A stretch of DNA of 58,452 bases, the filler included, from Basidiobolus ranarum (lineage: Eukaryota): assembly GCA_040143965.1 (NCBI GenBank). It is 6 parts of 6 records of this genome, joined end to end, with 100 filler letters (N's around TTAATTAATTAA, not from the genome) between each part and the next. Parts side by side here need not be neighbours in the genome. Positions count along the whole stretch, not along the records: positions 39,080 to 48,723 come from JASJQH010000797.1; positions 48,824 to 58,452 come from JASJQH010000798.1; 4 more parts are not named here. One strand, written 5' to 3'. Of the stretch, positions 45,334-57,025 are shown one piece after another (the stretch's first letter is position 1; every line of letters begins with the position of its first letter). The translations under genes were made by a program, and so were the position numbers. The notes below the pieces were generated by a model, which saw only the letters and a list, made by a program, of their open reading frames with translations, made no database searches and was not told where the DNA came from.

Positions 45334-47787
45334 ATGGTCAGCGTTGGTGCAATTGTAGAAGCCGGGCAAATGACCTTGGGTAAAGTTGAAGAGAATAAGC
45401 ATACCGAACGAATTTCAGAGTATTTGTTGGAGTGCAGTCAGAATGCTGTCGGGAATGACCTAAAAAGAAGAATCAATCTCCTAAGAGACGAATTCAACAG
45501 AGGCGAGCACAACAGTATATTGGTTCTTTCTAAGCTAGCTATTTTATCTAACGAGGATCCCGTTAAGGAAGCGAACCTCGTCAACAGCATTGAGCAGTTT
45601 TATTCCACAAACTCTACTTTCTACAATGTACTCAAAGATGACAAACTGAACAGCTTTTTCTTAGACAAAGATGAAGTATATATGTTTACCAATGGGTGGT
45701 ATATTGACGAGTATGTGTGGCACTGTCTTGAAAGTAGCCTTGATCCTGTTGCCTTGGCCAATATAAAGATCAATAGAGAAGCAATCAGGGACTACGAAAC
45801 CGAGATGATAGTAGACCTGGTTTCTACCACCTACGATATCATACAGTCCACTGATATCCAAAGAGACTTCAGCACCGTAAAGAACTATATCGAACAACTC
45901 AAGCACTCCGAGTTCACAGTCAGCCTGTTTGGGGAAGTCAACAGTGGCAAGTCTACAATCCTTAACGCCATCATTGGTATGAACTTGGCTTTTACATACG
46001 TTGAGACATGTACTGCTGTTCCTATTGTATATGAGAACGACACTATGCAGGGAGTACCTGTGTTACTTTTGGACAATCACTTTAACAAATACGGTCTCGT
46101 TGATAGATATGAAGGCGAGGAAATATCAGCAGTTTTACGGAAGCTGAATGAAATCGTTCGAGAAGAATCGATAAAATTAACTACCAACCAGTGGCCAGTC
46201 GTGAAAACTCGATTCAACGGAATCCACAACAGGATTCGCATCATAGACACGCCCGGTATATCGGAGACGAGTCGCAGATTACTGCAATATGCAAAACAGG
46301 CGTTGGACAGATCCGTGTGCATGATGGTGATATTGCCATGCGACAAGATCAATACGACCTCCGAAGATGCCATTAAAGCTTACACTGACTCAGTTATCAA
46401 TAAGGGAAAGTATACTTGCATAATTGCCAATCGATGGGATGAGTATGAGAAAGGCCTCGATCCACATGGGAAGATAAAGAAAAAGGAGGAGCTAAAGAAA
46501 CGGTTCAAGACTAAAGGCTATGGTAAAGTGTTCATTACCACTGGTAATAACGCATTCCACACGTCCCAGATAGACAAAATCTTGCAGAGTGGCAGAAAAC
46601 CAGAGTGGAGAGAGGCAAGGATATGGGCTGACAAATGTTTGTCCAATGCAGTGACCACCCTAGAGGATTTGGAGGAGGAATACCAGGAATTAAGCATGGA
46701 TCAACTACAGAAGATGGTGACAAAGGTCTCGACTAACTCTGGAATCTCTGAATTGGTTAGCTATCTGGATACCGGACTGAACAAGAACATCCAGAGAGAA
46801 ACCATTTTATATGTTTGCAATAACCTGATGAAGGAACTTTCAGTCTTAGAATCACTACGAGGCCCCATCAGAGACTCGGGGATTAAGAGCATTTCTGACG
46901 CAGAGCAACAATTGAAGATAAACAGTAATAACAAAGTCCTGCTTAACATATCGATTGCGCAATGGAAGCGCCATATCGCTACAGGAAGCCACAAACTTAC
47001 CGAATACATCTCCCACAAGAATAAGGATATTACTATATCTATAAGAGATCACCTCTACAATACGTTCAAGGTCATCAAAATGACTATCGAGAGATCGCAG
47101 CAGAAAGGACGAAAGACGGCAGCAAAGGACAGCATCTCCAAAGGTAATCACAATGACATCATCTTTTTCCGAGACCAGGAGTCTCAAGTGCAACTGCAGA
47201 TCTACCAACTCATCAGCGAAGTGCTGTTACTAAGTGGCCGTTCCGAGATTAAGAATATTAACAGTCAATTGTGCGGGACTCTGCAGGAATTGAAGACTGA
47301 GCTGCGGAATAGCTGCGATAATTGGAATATCGTGTCCTTCATCGATCAGGTCAGGATCGATAACTACATATTCAACGAAGAGAGCATGAAGAGAATCTTC
47401 AGCATCACGGTGTGCAGAGTCAACGTGGCGCAACCAATGATCTTGCAAATGTTTGGTCCCAGAGAGAGACAAAGTAAGGACAGGCTGTGCATCAAGGAAA
47501 TGGATTTTAGGGTTAGCATTGACTTGATCATTGATGATCTAATGATTAAGTTTAATGACAATATCCGCTTGCATCTTTCCCGCCACATTGAGGACTTCAC
47601 CAGCTACGTAGAAAACGGAAGCAATGGCATCCTGGATGCTATTGAGGCTAACATCCACAGATTCCGGCATAATAAGGTAGAAGAAATGAGGCGCCTGGAT
47701 GTGAGAATACGAAGCGATCTCAAGTTGAATGCCTGCAACAAAATCTTGGGAAAAATCAAACATAAGTATCTTAGTCATGGCCGTTAG
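45334..47787 (+). CDS. Bacterial-type dynamin-like GTPase (CrfC/YjdA-like), 817 aa, intronless - paralogue 2 (the ATG at 45370 aligns with the paralogue 1 start)
   Basis: G1 FGEVNSGKST (45931-45954), TCTAVP, IIDTPG and ANRWD; colinear with paralogue 1 with long identical blocks (VFITTGNNAFHTSQ, WADKCLSNAVTTLEDLE, ELRNSCDxWNIVSFID). Confidence 0.88.
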   Translation: MVSVGAIVEAGQMTLGKVEENKHTERISEYLLECSQNAVGNDLKRRINLLRDEFNRGEHNSILVLSKLAILSNEDPVKEANLVNSIEQFYSTNSTFYNVLKDDKLNSFFLDKDEVYMFTNGWYIDEYVWHCLESSLDPVALANIKINREAIRDYETEMIVDLVSTTYDIIQSTDIQRDFSTVKNYIEQLKHSEFTVSLFGEVNSGKSTILNAIIGMNLAFTYVETCTAVPIVYENDTMQGVPVLLLDNHFNKYGLVDRYEGEEISAVLRKLNEIVREESIKLTTNQWPVVKTRFNGIHNRIRIIDTPGISETSRRLLQYAKQALDRSVCMMVILPCDKINTTSEDAIKAYTDSVINKGKYTCIIANRWDEYEKGLDPHGKIKKKEELKKRFKTKGYGKVFITTGNNAFHTSQIDKILQSGRKPEWREARIWADKCLSNAVTTLEDLEEEYQELSMDQLQKMVTKVSTNSGISELVSYLDTGLNKNIQRETILYVCNNLMKELSVLESLRGPIRDSGIKSISDAEQQLKINSNNKVLLNISIAQWKRHIATGSHKLTEYISHKNKDITISIRDHLYNTFKVIKMTIERSQQKGRKTAAKDSISKGNHNDIIFFRDQESQVQLQIYQLISEVLLLSGRSEIKNINSQLCGTLQELKTELRNSCDNWNIVSFIDQVRIDNYIFNEESMKRIFSITVCRVNVAQPMILQMFGPRERQSKDRLCIKEMDFRVSIDLIIDDLMIKFNDNIRLHLSRHIEDFTSYVENGSNGILDAIEANIHRFRHNKVEEMRRLDVRIRSDLKLNACNKILGKIKHKYLSHGR

Positions 47788-48723
47788 ATGGTTGGCCTTT
47801 TACACACTGCAACATTAGGAATACTCTTTCACCCATATATTGAATACTGATCGTCTAGATCAGGTAAACAATAAGGCTCATATCTCTTAGCTCACACGCT
47901 GGCCCTGCCAATGAGCATTTTCTTCGTAACCCCAGGATCCACTCAATGGGTAGATTATACTTTTTACTTCGGTATAGAAGGAAAGAGGCCTGCTACAGAA
48001 TATCAGCCATCTTTCATCAGTTTTGTATTTCCAATGATCCCATGAATACTAATTTGAGAGTAAGTTAGATTTATTACATTTTCATCCTCACATATTCAGA
48101 TGGTTGGAGATCTTGGAAGATAAATTGAACTGCTTCTAGAGAAACAATTGAAGTGGTATTGTACAATGATAAAGCAAGTACGAACATTTGGTGTCACTTC
48201 AATGGCTTTCAAATGCCTGAACCTTTGATTGTTGAACGATAATAGAACTTGCGTAGCATCGCTTGATAACAATGTACATACATACCTAGTTATTGAGATG
48301 GAGTTAGCGAAGGATAGTGATACAAAACTGTAGCCCATTACTTGACTGATGTCTGCTCTCTTAGAGTCACTTCGCAGGTCGTTCTACGTATCTTTGAAAT
48401 ATTGATTATATATAGGCACCATCTATTACAATGAGACATACTAGCTGAATTTCTTCATTGAACGATTGTGCGTGTTAAAGAGTTTATTCTCCAGCCTCTA
48501 CAGGTGGCAATGTCATCTACATTCTACAATACATAGTTTTGTTGATACAGATATGCACATGCTTTCTGAGTGTTAGTAGATTATCCTTTAAAGTAGATCC
48601 AGCTGGACGCTCTTGCGGACACGTTAACATCTACACAGTTTCCGGGTGTTAAGTTTGCTGCCCGGTATTTTGCGGCTGGCGTCATCAAATACTGCCTCCT
48701 TGTTTACATCCTGTTGCTTGTCT

Positions 48724-48823
48724 NNNNNNNNNNNNNNNNNNNNNNNNNNNNNNNNNNNNNNNNNNNNTTAATTAATTAANNNNNNNNNNNNNNNNNNNNN
48801 NNNNNNNNNNNNNNNNNNNNNNN
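48724..48823. other. Artificial contig linker
   Basis: N44-TTAATTAATTAA-N44. Confidence 0.98.
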
Positions 48824-49440
48824 CGGCCCTGTTGGTAAGGAGTGCGCTGATCTCTGGCCTAGAATTGCTTCCAGCTCTGGTACTGTTTGCTAAATGCGAT
48901 GAACTTGTATAACCGTCTTTGATGGTGATAAATATTCTCGCTAGCATAATAAAGTTACAGCATTAATTATAATATCAGTCTATATCAATTAAACTAACTG
49001 TACTATGCTGACGTACATGTGGGATTTTAAAATGATTTCTTTTACAATAGGATGGTCCTGATAGACACAGGTAGACTTGTGTTGAGCGACATGATTCCCT
49101 TCAAAAGATTGGTCAATACCGACACAGCCCTAACACAACCTTAATGAATTGATTATATAAAAGAAAATCTTTGGAGGTTGTGATTTGTTCAAATCTAGTT
49201 TATGATGTAAAGCCCAGATTGCTATGCGTTGTTGATACATTAGTTTATATCTGAGTTATTTGGATTGTTAAATAATACAAAAAGGAAACATAGGGTGCTG
49301 TCAGCATATGTATAACTCCTTTTCACGATAGTGACTTTTAAGGGAGCTTGAGGTATCGGTTCGACCTTATAGTAATTTCTACCAACACTAGCTAATTGTT
49401 GAAGTAAGCACAGGCAGTAACCATATATACATATAAAGAT

Positions 49441-52054
49441 ATGACCAATTCATATCAGCCGTTGCCAAATGCGCCAACACTTGGTTTTGAAAGTATGGAT
49501 ATTGACGAAAGTCACGAATACCAGGAAAATCAGTCAAGGTAGGCTAGACATATCTATCATCGTGGGACTGACCATCCTTTGGCCCCTACTAAATTGATGA
49601 ACAAGTTCTAGATATGGCGGTAGAGTGAATAAACTTGAGGAGGACATGAAAGAAAATAAGCCCAAGCTAAACAAACAATTTTTTCGTCGTCTCAATCACA
49701 TACTTCGACTTGTCTTTTCTTTCTCCAGACCAAATAGCGTGACTGTTTTATTTTTTGGGCTACTAATAGTCAGTACCTTAAATGAAGTAGTGATCTATTT
49801 TGTGGGCACACTCACTAGTCACTTTTACGAAATACTCGGTAAACGTGACTTTGGTGGGTTTGTCCTTCTCTTGTCTTATTCTGGATTTTTGTTGACCATC
49901 GCGGCGCTGGTAGGCGGTATTTTCTGTGCAAGTTATGAACATGAATAACTGAGTAAGCATCTTGACAGGGGAATAGTAGCATGTCATTCATTGGTGGCTA
50001 CTTTCAAGTGAAAGTTCGTCGAGTTCTTGCCGGAGCTCTGCATAATAGATACCTTCAGACTTCTATATTTTACAAACTGGCCACTCATGATCTTATCGAT
50101 AACCCGTACGTGTTACTGAATTTGAGTTTGTCATGTTGAGTTCACTCCAAATAACAGTCTTCTAGAGATCAGCGCATTACACAAGATGTAGATAAGTTTG
50201 CGCATGAGCTAAGTGAGATAGTGCAGAAAACCATTATCACTCCATTCATGATCCTTTATTATACCTACAAGAGTTGGTCAGTCTCCGGCTTTGTGGGCCC
50301 GTTGTGTGTCTACATCTTCTTTTTCTTAAGTTCCATGGGGAACAAATTGTTACTTGACCCGATTGTTCGATACATTTGCTTGAAAGAAAACTACGAGGGC
50401 AATTACAGGTAGCTTTCTGTTAGCATCACGACACCAACGGCTATCTAACGCTTCTTTAGATATGTTCATGTTCGAGCAAGAAGTATGGCCGAGTCCATAG
50501 CTTTTTATGGAGGAGAGAATGAGGAGAAGAAGCAAATGGATCAGTCACTTTCATCATTGATCCGCTGTCAACTCACCATTGTTCGAAAGCAGTTTTTCTT
50601 AGATAGTAAGTTTGGCCTTGATATCATTTATAACTGCTAAGCGCCCACGTTCTTATTGGTTTCTTTTAAAAGCCGGGACTCACCTGTACTCATACTTTGG
50701 GTCAATTCTGAGCTATGTTATAATCGCCATACCCATATTCATGACACACAAGTATGACTCTATTGACGACGCTGACTTGAGTGCTTTGATCAGCAAGGTA
50801 AGTTTTGTAGATTGTTGGCAAGTCACTACCTACGTTCGGTTCATTTATTTGTTGATTTTGTCGATTACTTAGCATGCGTTCTTGATCATGTATCTGAACC
50901 ACAAATTCTCCGTGATTGTGCAGCAAGCAAAGAGGTTTACTGATCTTGCAGGATACACTGCTCGTATTGGGCAGATGTTTGAGGTGATGGATGATGCATA
51001 CAGTGAAATCGAAAATCGAAGTATCGAACACCCTTATTCCGATGTTTCAGGGTAAGTGTCTGAATGGCGCGAACATCGCTTAGAGTACTAACATTTGGAA
51101 CCCAATTAGACGTGACACCACTTCCATCATATTGAAGAATGTAGGCTGCGTTACTCCTAGCGGAAAGCTCCTCTATTCAGGTATGTACATATCTTAGTCT
51201 GGGAAGTAAGGTCGAGATTATGAAGTCATATTAACATCAATCAGGTCTGAGTTTTCAAATTAAGCAGGGCGAGAACCTCTTCATTACTGGGCCAAACGGT
51301 TGTGGTAAAACCTCTTTATTAAGAATGATTTGTGGGCTATGGCCCTGTAGCGAAGGCACGTATTTTTGAGAAACTCCAGTCACAGAAAATTGCGGAGATT
51401 TTTCTAATTCTTTCACAGGTCATATATCAACACCTCCTCTCAAAAATGCTCGGGATGTGTTGTTCCTTCCCCAGGTACCCTATCTGGCATTTGGTAGCTT
51501 GAGGGATCAAATCATTTATCCTGGACATCCCGATGGCAGATTGATATCGAGTATGTTCTTTAACCTTGATCAGTATCTGATGGTGAAACTCATCATTCTC
51601 AATATAGTCGACGATGGGGAAATGCGAAATCTACTAAAAGAGGTGGACTTGAGCGAGCTTGAAGAAAGTATCACCTTCGACAAAGATCTGGGCCAACACT
51701 GGGACCAATATCTATCTCCTGGACAACAACAGCGTCTGGCTTTTGCTCGATTATTCTATTGGAGATCACGATTTGCAAGTAAGTTGCATGAAGCTATTAT
51801 CAGATAGGTTTGGTAGACTAATAACTGTCCCGCTATGACCTGTTATAGTTCTTGACGAAGCCACGAACTCCTTAGATTCAAAGACTGAGGAGCGATTGTT
51901 TCGTAAATGCCATGATCTTGGAATTACATGTATTACAGTTAGTCATAATACATCTCTGCGCAATCATCACCCAAATGCACTCTTGTTTGATGGACATTCT
52001 GGATTCAAATTTGACCTTTCCTCTTCCAACCAACCAAATCTATTGGAACTTTAA
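49441..52054 (+). CDS. ABC transporter subfamily D, ABCD4-like half transporter, multi-exon
   Basis: [22 protein letters not shown] (EAA motif), LAGYTARI, Walker [42 protein letters not shown] and ITVSH. Confidence 0.9.
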
Positions 52055-53233
52055 CCAACGGCCTCTTCTTGCTCACGACATGATGCTCATTAGATAATTA
52101 TTGGTTGGTATTTACGTCTGTCCTTACTTCTGTTTTATTGTAGAATATTTGAGTCTGATTTCATGCGAGTTTGCCATTATGTTAGAGCTACCATTGAATG
52201 AATAAACAGACCCTGCTCAAGTATTTCTTAGAGCATTCTGTAGAGATCTTGCCTCTGCTATGATGATATAGTATATCAGTCAATGATTAATTGGTTGCAT
52301 GCTTGGTGCTATATTTAGCCAGAAAGAATCTAGGAACACACTGAGTGACAAGACATCTCTGATTTAAAGCTAGGGTTATACTCTACATTAACGAACCGGG
52401 AATGTCTCTTGATTTAGGGATATGAGTGACATGAGACCATGTAAAATAGTGAATATCTCCTACCAGAGGATGCGGTGATATTCCTTTCCCGCCATATTTC
52501 TCTTCATTTAACCTATTTCTAACATCGTTTTCTGCATGAACAATATTTGATTTCCACATCTATGTCGCCACTAATTCCTTGAGAACAACTTCTTTTCTCA
52601 ATCCATTACGATGTTGCTCATCTCCTGGTTATTTCCTGTCTCAAGCTAACACGTAAAAAAATGAAGTTCTTATCTGTATGAACTCTAATATTCTCGTTAG
52701 ATTGATCCAACTACTTCCAGTATCTGTGCAATAACCTGCCAAGTGCGCTGCATCACCTCGTTTGCTGATGGTCAAGCCACCATTAAACAAGCGATTTGAA
52801 GGCCAAAGTGACAAAGCGAGTAAGAAGTATTGCACTTGAGATAGCTACCTATAAATCATCGACTAACAAGTTGTGAGATTGCCTCTCAAAATAAGTTAGC
52901 GGCTCTGGTTACATTGCCTTAGATCTGGGATCAACAAACATCGGCTTATAAGGCAGCTATCAATTTGAGAGTAAATGGCCATTACCGTCACTGTTTGTGA
53001 CTAAGAGTTGGTTTGACGGAACAAATAGGGTGGTGATTTAGTTTCTGTTTAGACAGTAAATTGAACAATGAAATTACAAGCATATCGTTGAAATGGTGAT
53101 GATGGATCTAATTGAACAGTGTCACTCTTGTTATATTTAGGAGTAGGCGAACTGCTTTCTCTCCAACCGAACAAGAGATAAAATAAAATAAAGCTTGTGT
53201 GTGATGACTACCCAGTAAACAAACCAATGCCAC

Positions 53234-54055
53234 TTATTTCCCCATAAAATTTCTACGTTGATCCAGCTTCATAGAGGACATGGTGTAGTTAGTGGTCTTT
53301 TTTAATTTGTTCGCTTCGCTAATGGCAAGTGTGATTTTGCTGACATCAGTTTCCAGAACCTAAAGGTGCTTAAGGCTTAGCTCGAGTAAGGAGTATCTTA
53401 TGTACTTTTAAAATTACCATTCCACCGGTCACGACTTCTGACAAGACATGATGAATCTGTGAAAGCAAAGTGCATCATCTCAGTAAATTCAGGGACAAAA
53501 AAGCGCCGTAAACTAATAAAAAATACCTCTTCCCAATGAAAAATCTGATTGAGCACAAAATAAGTTAGAGGGTCTCAAGAGTTTTCATAAGAGAAGTTTA
53601 AATTACCAGATCAAGCTCACAAACATTTTCAAAGCAGCGATCTAAACTTTCCACAAATACCTACAAAACCAATTTAGTATTTCATGTTATCGAATTTCTC
53701 ATCAATGGGCTTTTCACCTGAATCAAGTCTAATATTCCTAATTCGCTTTCGGAGGAATCGACTACAAATACAAAGTATAAGGTAGCATAATTTCGGTATA
53801 TGATGCGAGTGTCGGGTCCACCTAAGAGTGTGCTTCCTTCGAGAAAATTACATTCAGTATCTAACCGTTCCGAAACCAAGCTAAATATCTCCTCAAGAAT
53901 CTTCTGTTGCAACGAGACATCCTGAAAGTAAATTGCTATTCAGTTTTACTGCCGATGTGACGAGAGGTTAAGAGAAAACCTCTTACTATCTGTTGGTAGA
54001 ATTTCATCAAACGAGGTTTTCCATGGTTATTGAATATTAGGACTGACTTGATCAT
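53234..54055 (-). CDS. APS3: AP-3 adaptor complex sigma subunit, multi-exon
   Basis: MIKSVLIFNNHGKPRLMKFY, IYRNYATLYFVFVVDSSESELGILDLIQ, FENVCELDL|IFHWEE and GGM|VLET. Confidence 0.94.
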
Positions 54056-54257
54056 GTTGAAATTCTCGTCTCTAGTTTGTAGAAACAAACGCTATACTGT
54101 GCTAATTAACGAACTAGAAGTACGTCATTTATTCTGAATATTGATGTTGTACAGTCGTAAAATGATTTTATTAGGGCATCAGTTTATTATTGATACTTAC
54201 GTATCAGGATGCCAAATTATGGTACAAATCGAGATCTCGGAATGGAAACATATAACT

Positions 54258-54800
54258 TTAGTTGACTTCAGTCATGCGATCAGGGCAATGGCGATTGATA
54301 TGCCCGTGCTCACCACATCCATAGCAGACTTGGCCAGTTTGCGAGCACTCAGTCGAGATATGGCCAGTCTTACCACATGTATAGCATTTACTTCCATTTT
54401 CGCAGTTCTTGGAGCGATGCCCAAAGCCCCCACAAGTGTAGCAAGATTGGTTGAATCTCCCTACGTTTTCGGGACACCCAATAGCATAGTGACCAGACTT
54501 TCCGCACTTGTAGCACTCTGGTCCATCAGAAAGCGTCAAAGGGCAGTCCCGCGATAAATGATCAGTTGATTCACAGCGATAACATTTCTTAAGTGCAGCT
54601 GGCTCATTACAATCATGACTAAGGTGGCCAGTCTCATTACAGTTGTAGCTAAAATGAGTCGACTTGTTAGAGACGAATGGATGAGAAACAATATCAAGAT
54701 ATTACCAAACGGGTTCTACTTCGGTGCAATGTTTGGCCTGATGCCCCGGGGTGCCACAATTGTAGCATATGAAATATCCAGATTTACGAGGGGTCATCAT
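54258..54800 (-). CDS. GIS2: CNBP/Gis2-like RNA-binding protein with 7 CCHC zinc knuckles, one intron
   Basis: Seven C-x2-C-x4-H-x4-C knuckles after splicing a GT-AG intron at ~54649-54705. Confidence 0.88.
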
Positions 54801-55869
54801 TTTGAGGTGGGCAATTGAAGGTATTTTACTAAAAGCTATGCTAGGCAATTTTTCGGTGAGAAACCAAGAGTCAAGCGTCTACTCTTTACAAGCCTGTGTT
54901 GAGGCTAGATGATACTACTTATGTCCTATTTATACTCTAAAGGTAGATTTGTTCTGTTGTATCACCGTCTCCTTAACTCAAAATTATGTTTAAGGGGGAC
55001 AGGGGCTAGAAATATCACTTGTTACGAGCAAGACTCTGATGATTTAGGCCGAACGATGTTTGATGGCAGTCAGTTCCTCTCACCCCTATTCTTGAGTAGC
55101 ATGTTGACTGTCTGTCAAGTCAAGTTTGAGTCGTTTGTTGATTAGTGTGTTATGTTGTTTAAGCTTCGACACTCTCTTAGTGACAGTTTCTTAAGAGTTG
55201 GATCTCTTGTAGATGTCTTTATCTTGAGTGAAGTAATTATGTTATTTTGTTGATGGACGGTGGGTTTTCACCCTTAGAAATCATCTATTTTTCAACTTAT
55301 TCACCCTTGGTGGATACTGACTTAATCCTGCTTACACGATGATATAAACAAGATCAACCAATGCTGCACTTCTCCATTTATTAGCTAATGCATTCAAGCC
55401 TGGTTTTGGATAATAGGATTTAGCACTTGATGTTGTGCTCAACTATTATGCTAAATACCTTGTTAATGCCAGAAAATATCCATCACATTATTGGTGTTAG
55501 TATTTGCAATGAATGAAGATTATGTAAGATAGTTGGGAGAAATAAATGGTTTGTACTTTTTGTCTCATTGAGTTGATAGCAAATATACATACTTAGGTTA
55601 GAAATGAATAAGAACAACAACTGGGCTGTGTTGCTAGTTTGGCCACATTTGAAAATTTTGTCTTTTCTCCAAATATTTGGTATATCCAAAATGCAGGTCA
55701 TGATTTTGACTTCTATACACTAAGCTTGGGAATACTGAATTCACCGTAGTGCTTGCAGCTGATTCAATTTTTTGCTAGACTTTTTTAAATGACAACAACT
55801 CTACATTAACTCTATGATTCAACTTAATATTTGTCACTAAGGTCAAATAACCATATTTCATACAATGAG

Positions 55870-57025
55870 GGTACTTCTGTTAAAGTATTTTGGGAGCCTG
55901 TTGGATGTGGTTTGGAGAAATAGAGAAATTGGAGGTTCTCACCTATTGATTTGTTGAGCAGAAAGTTGACATTTATAGTTTTGTCAAGATGCAAACAAGC
56001 TGACATGTAGAATGTGCTATGGAAGGTCCCAGGAACATGTGTGCAAAGTTTAGGCAATGCTAATTTTGACAACTTCCACTACTCTTGGTGATAATACTAA
56101 TATTGAACTGATTCATTGCTAGTGAATCAGCTTTGAGCCAACTGATTTATTGGGTGGAAAGTTGACATTTATACTTTTGTTGAGAGGAAAATAAAAAAAC
56201 ATAGAATGTGTTAAAGAAGGTCCCAAAATATGTCTTCAGAAATCTAAATATCTAAGCATTTCAATGTAAATTCCAATTTAGAATAGTGGGTGGAATCTTG
56301 GTGAAATATAGAATAACTAAATACTAAGCTATATATGACTGTATAGGTATTTGGGCTATGCTATTTTCAACTATTTAAGTGCAAACCCAAGTTATTCCAA
56401 GTTTAAGCTATGATAATGTCAGTAGCTGAAAGTGGTTTGAAAAACTAGAATGTGTTGATAGTTTTCACTTATTGAGCTATTGAGTAGAGTGTTTTCATTT
56501 ATAATTTTACTAGGGGGTAAGAAAATACACAAGTTGAATGTATTAAGAAAGACTATAGAAACATGTGTGCAAAGTTTGTGATCTTTAGGATAAGTTCTTA
56601 AGGTCCTCTAATTAAATTCCTCTATAGAATAGTGTGTGATATTTTAGTTCAATATGGAATAACTAAATACTAAGCTATTTATGACTATATAAATGTCCAG
56701 GCTACGCTAATTTCAACAGTTTAGTTGGTTTATTCATACAGTGACTTATATAGCAGAGAAGTAAATCAATTGGTAGAGATATTCAGGAGCCCATGTAATA
56801 AGATATAATGGATAAGTGGGCAATATAAGACATACTAGTTATAGAGATATTCCTAATTAGAATATTGGAGCTATAAATATGATGCTCTCTTGTTTCTGAT
56901 ATATGTATCATAACTAAAGCTTACTAAGATGTATAATAAAGATTAACTATCTAACAAATATCAAGTTGAATCATGCAGTGAATGCAGAGTTATTGATGTT
57001 AGAGAAATGCATGCAATAAAAGTAA
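55870..57025 (-). repeat. AT-rich repeat with diverged internal tandem units, shared with contig 1
   Basis: GAATAACTAAATACTAAGCTAT.TATGACT at ~56311 and ~56657; AAAGTTGACATTTATA at ~55962 and ~56158; 56957-57021 matches 6790-6855 inverted. Confidence 0.8.

Noticed and set aside
40030-47778. Many 60-130 aa ORFs overlapping the dynamin-like genes, similar between the two loci
   Set aside because: Mostly antisense or off-frame shadows; their similarity simply reflects paralogy of the real genes.
48200-48335. Possible kinase remnant (AFKCL...YLVIEMELA)
   Set aside because: Stop-interrupted, with no HRD/DFG motifs found.
55483-55701. hAT transposase-like fragment (ILDIPNIW)
   Set aside because: A single weak motif with no other transposase features.
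55870-56720. CRISPR-like repeat-spacer array
   Set aside because: Units are long, irregular and diverged, and there are no cas genes; eukaryotic repeat.
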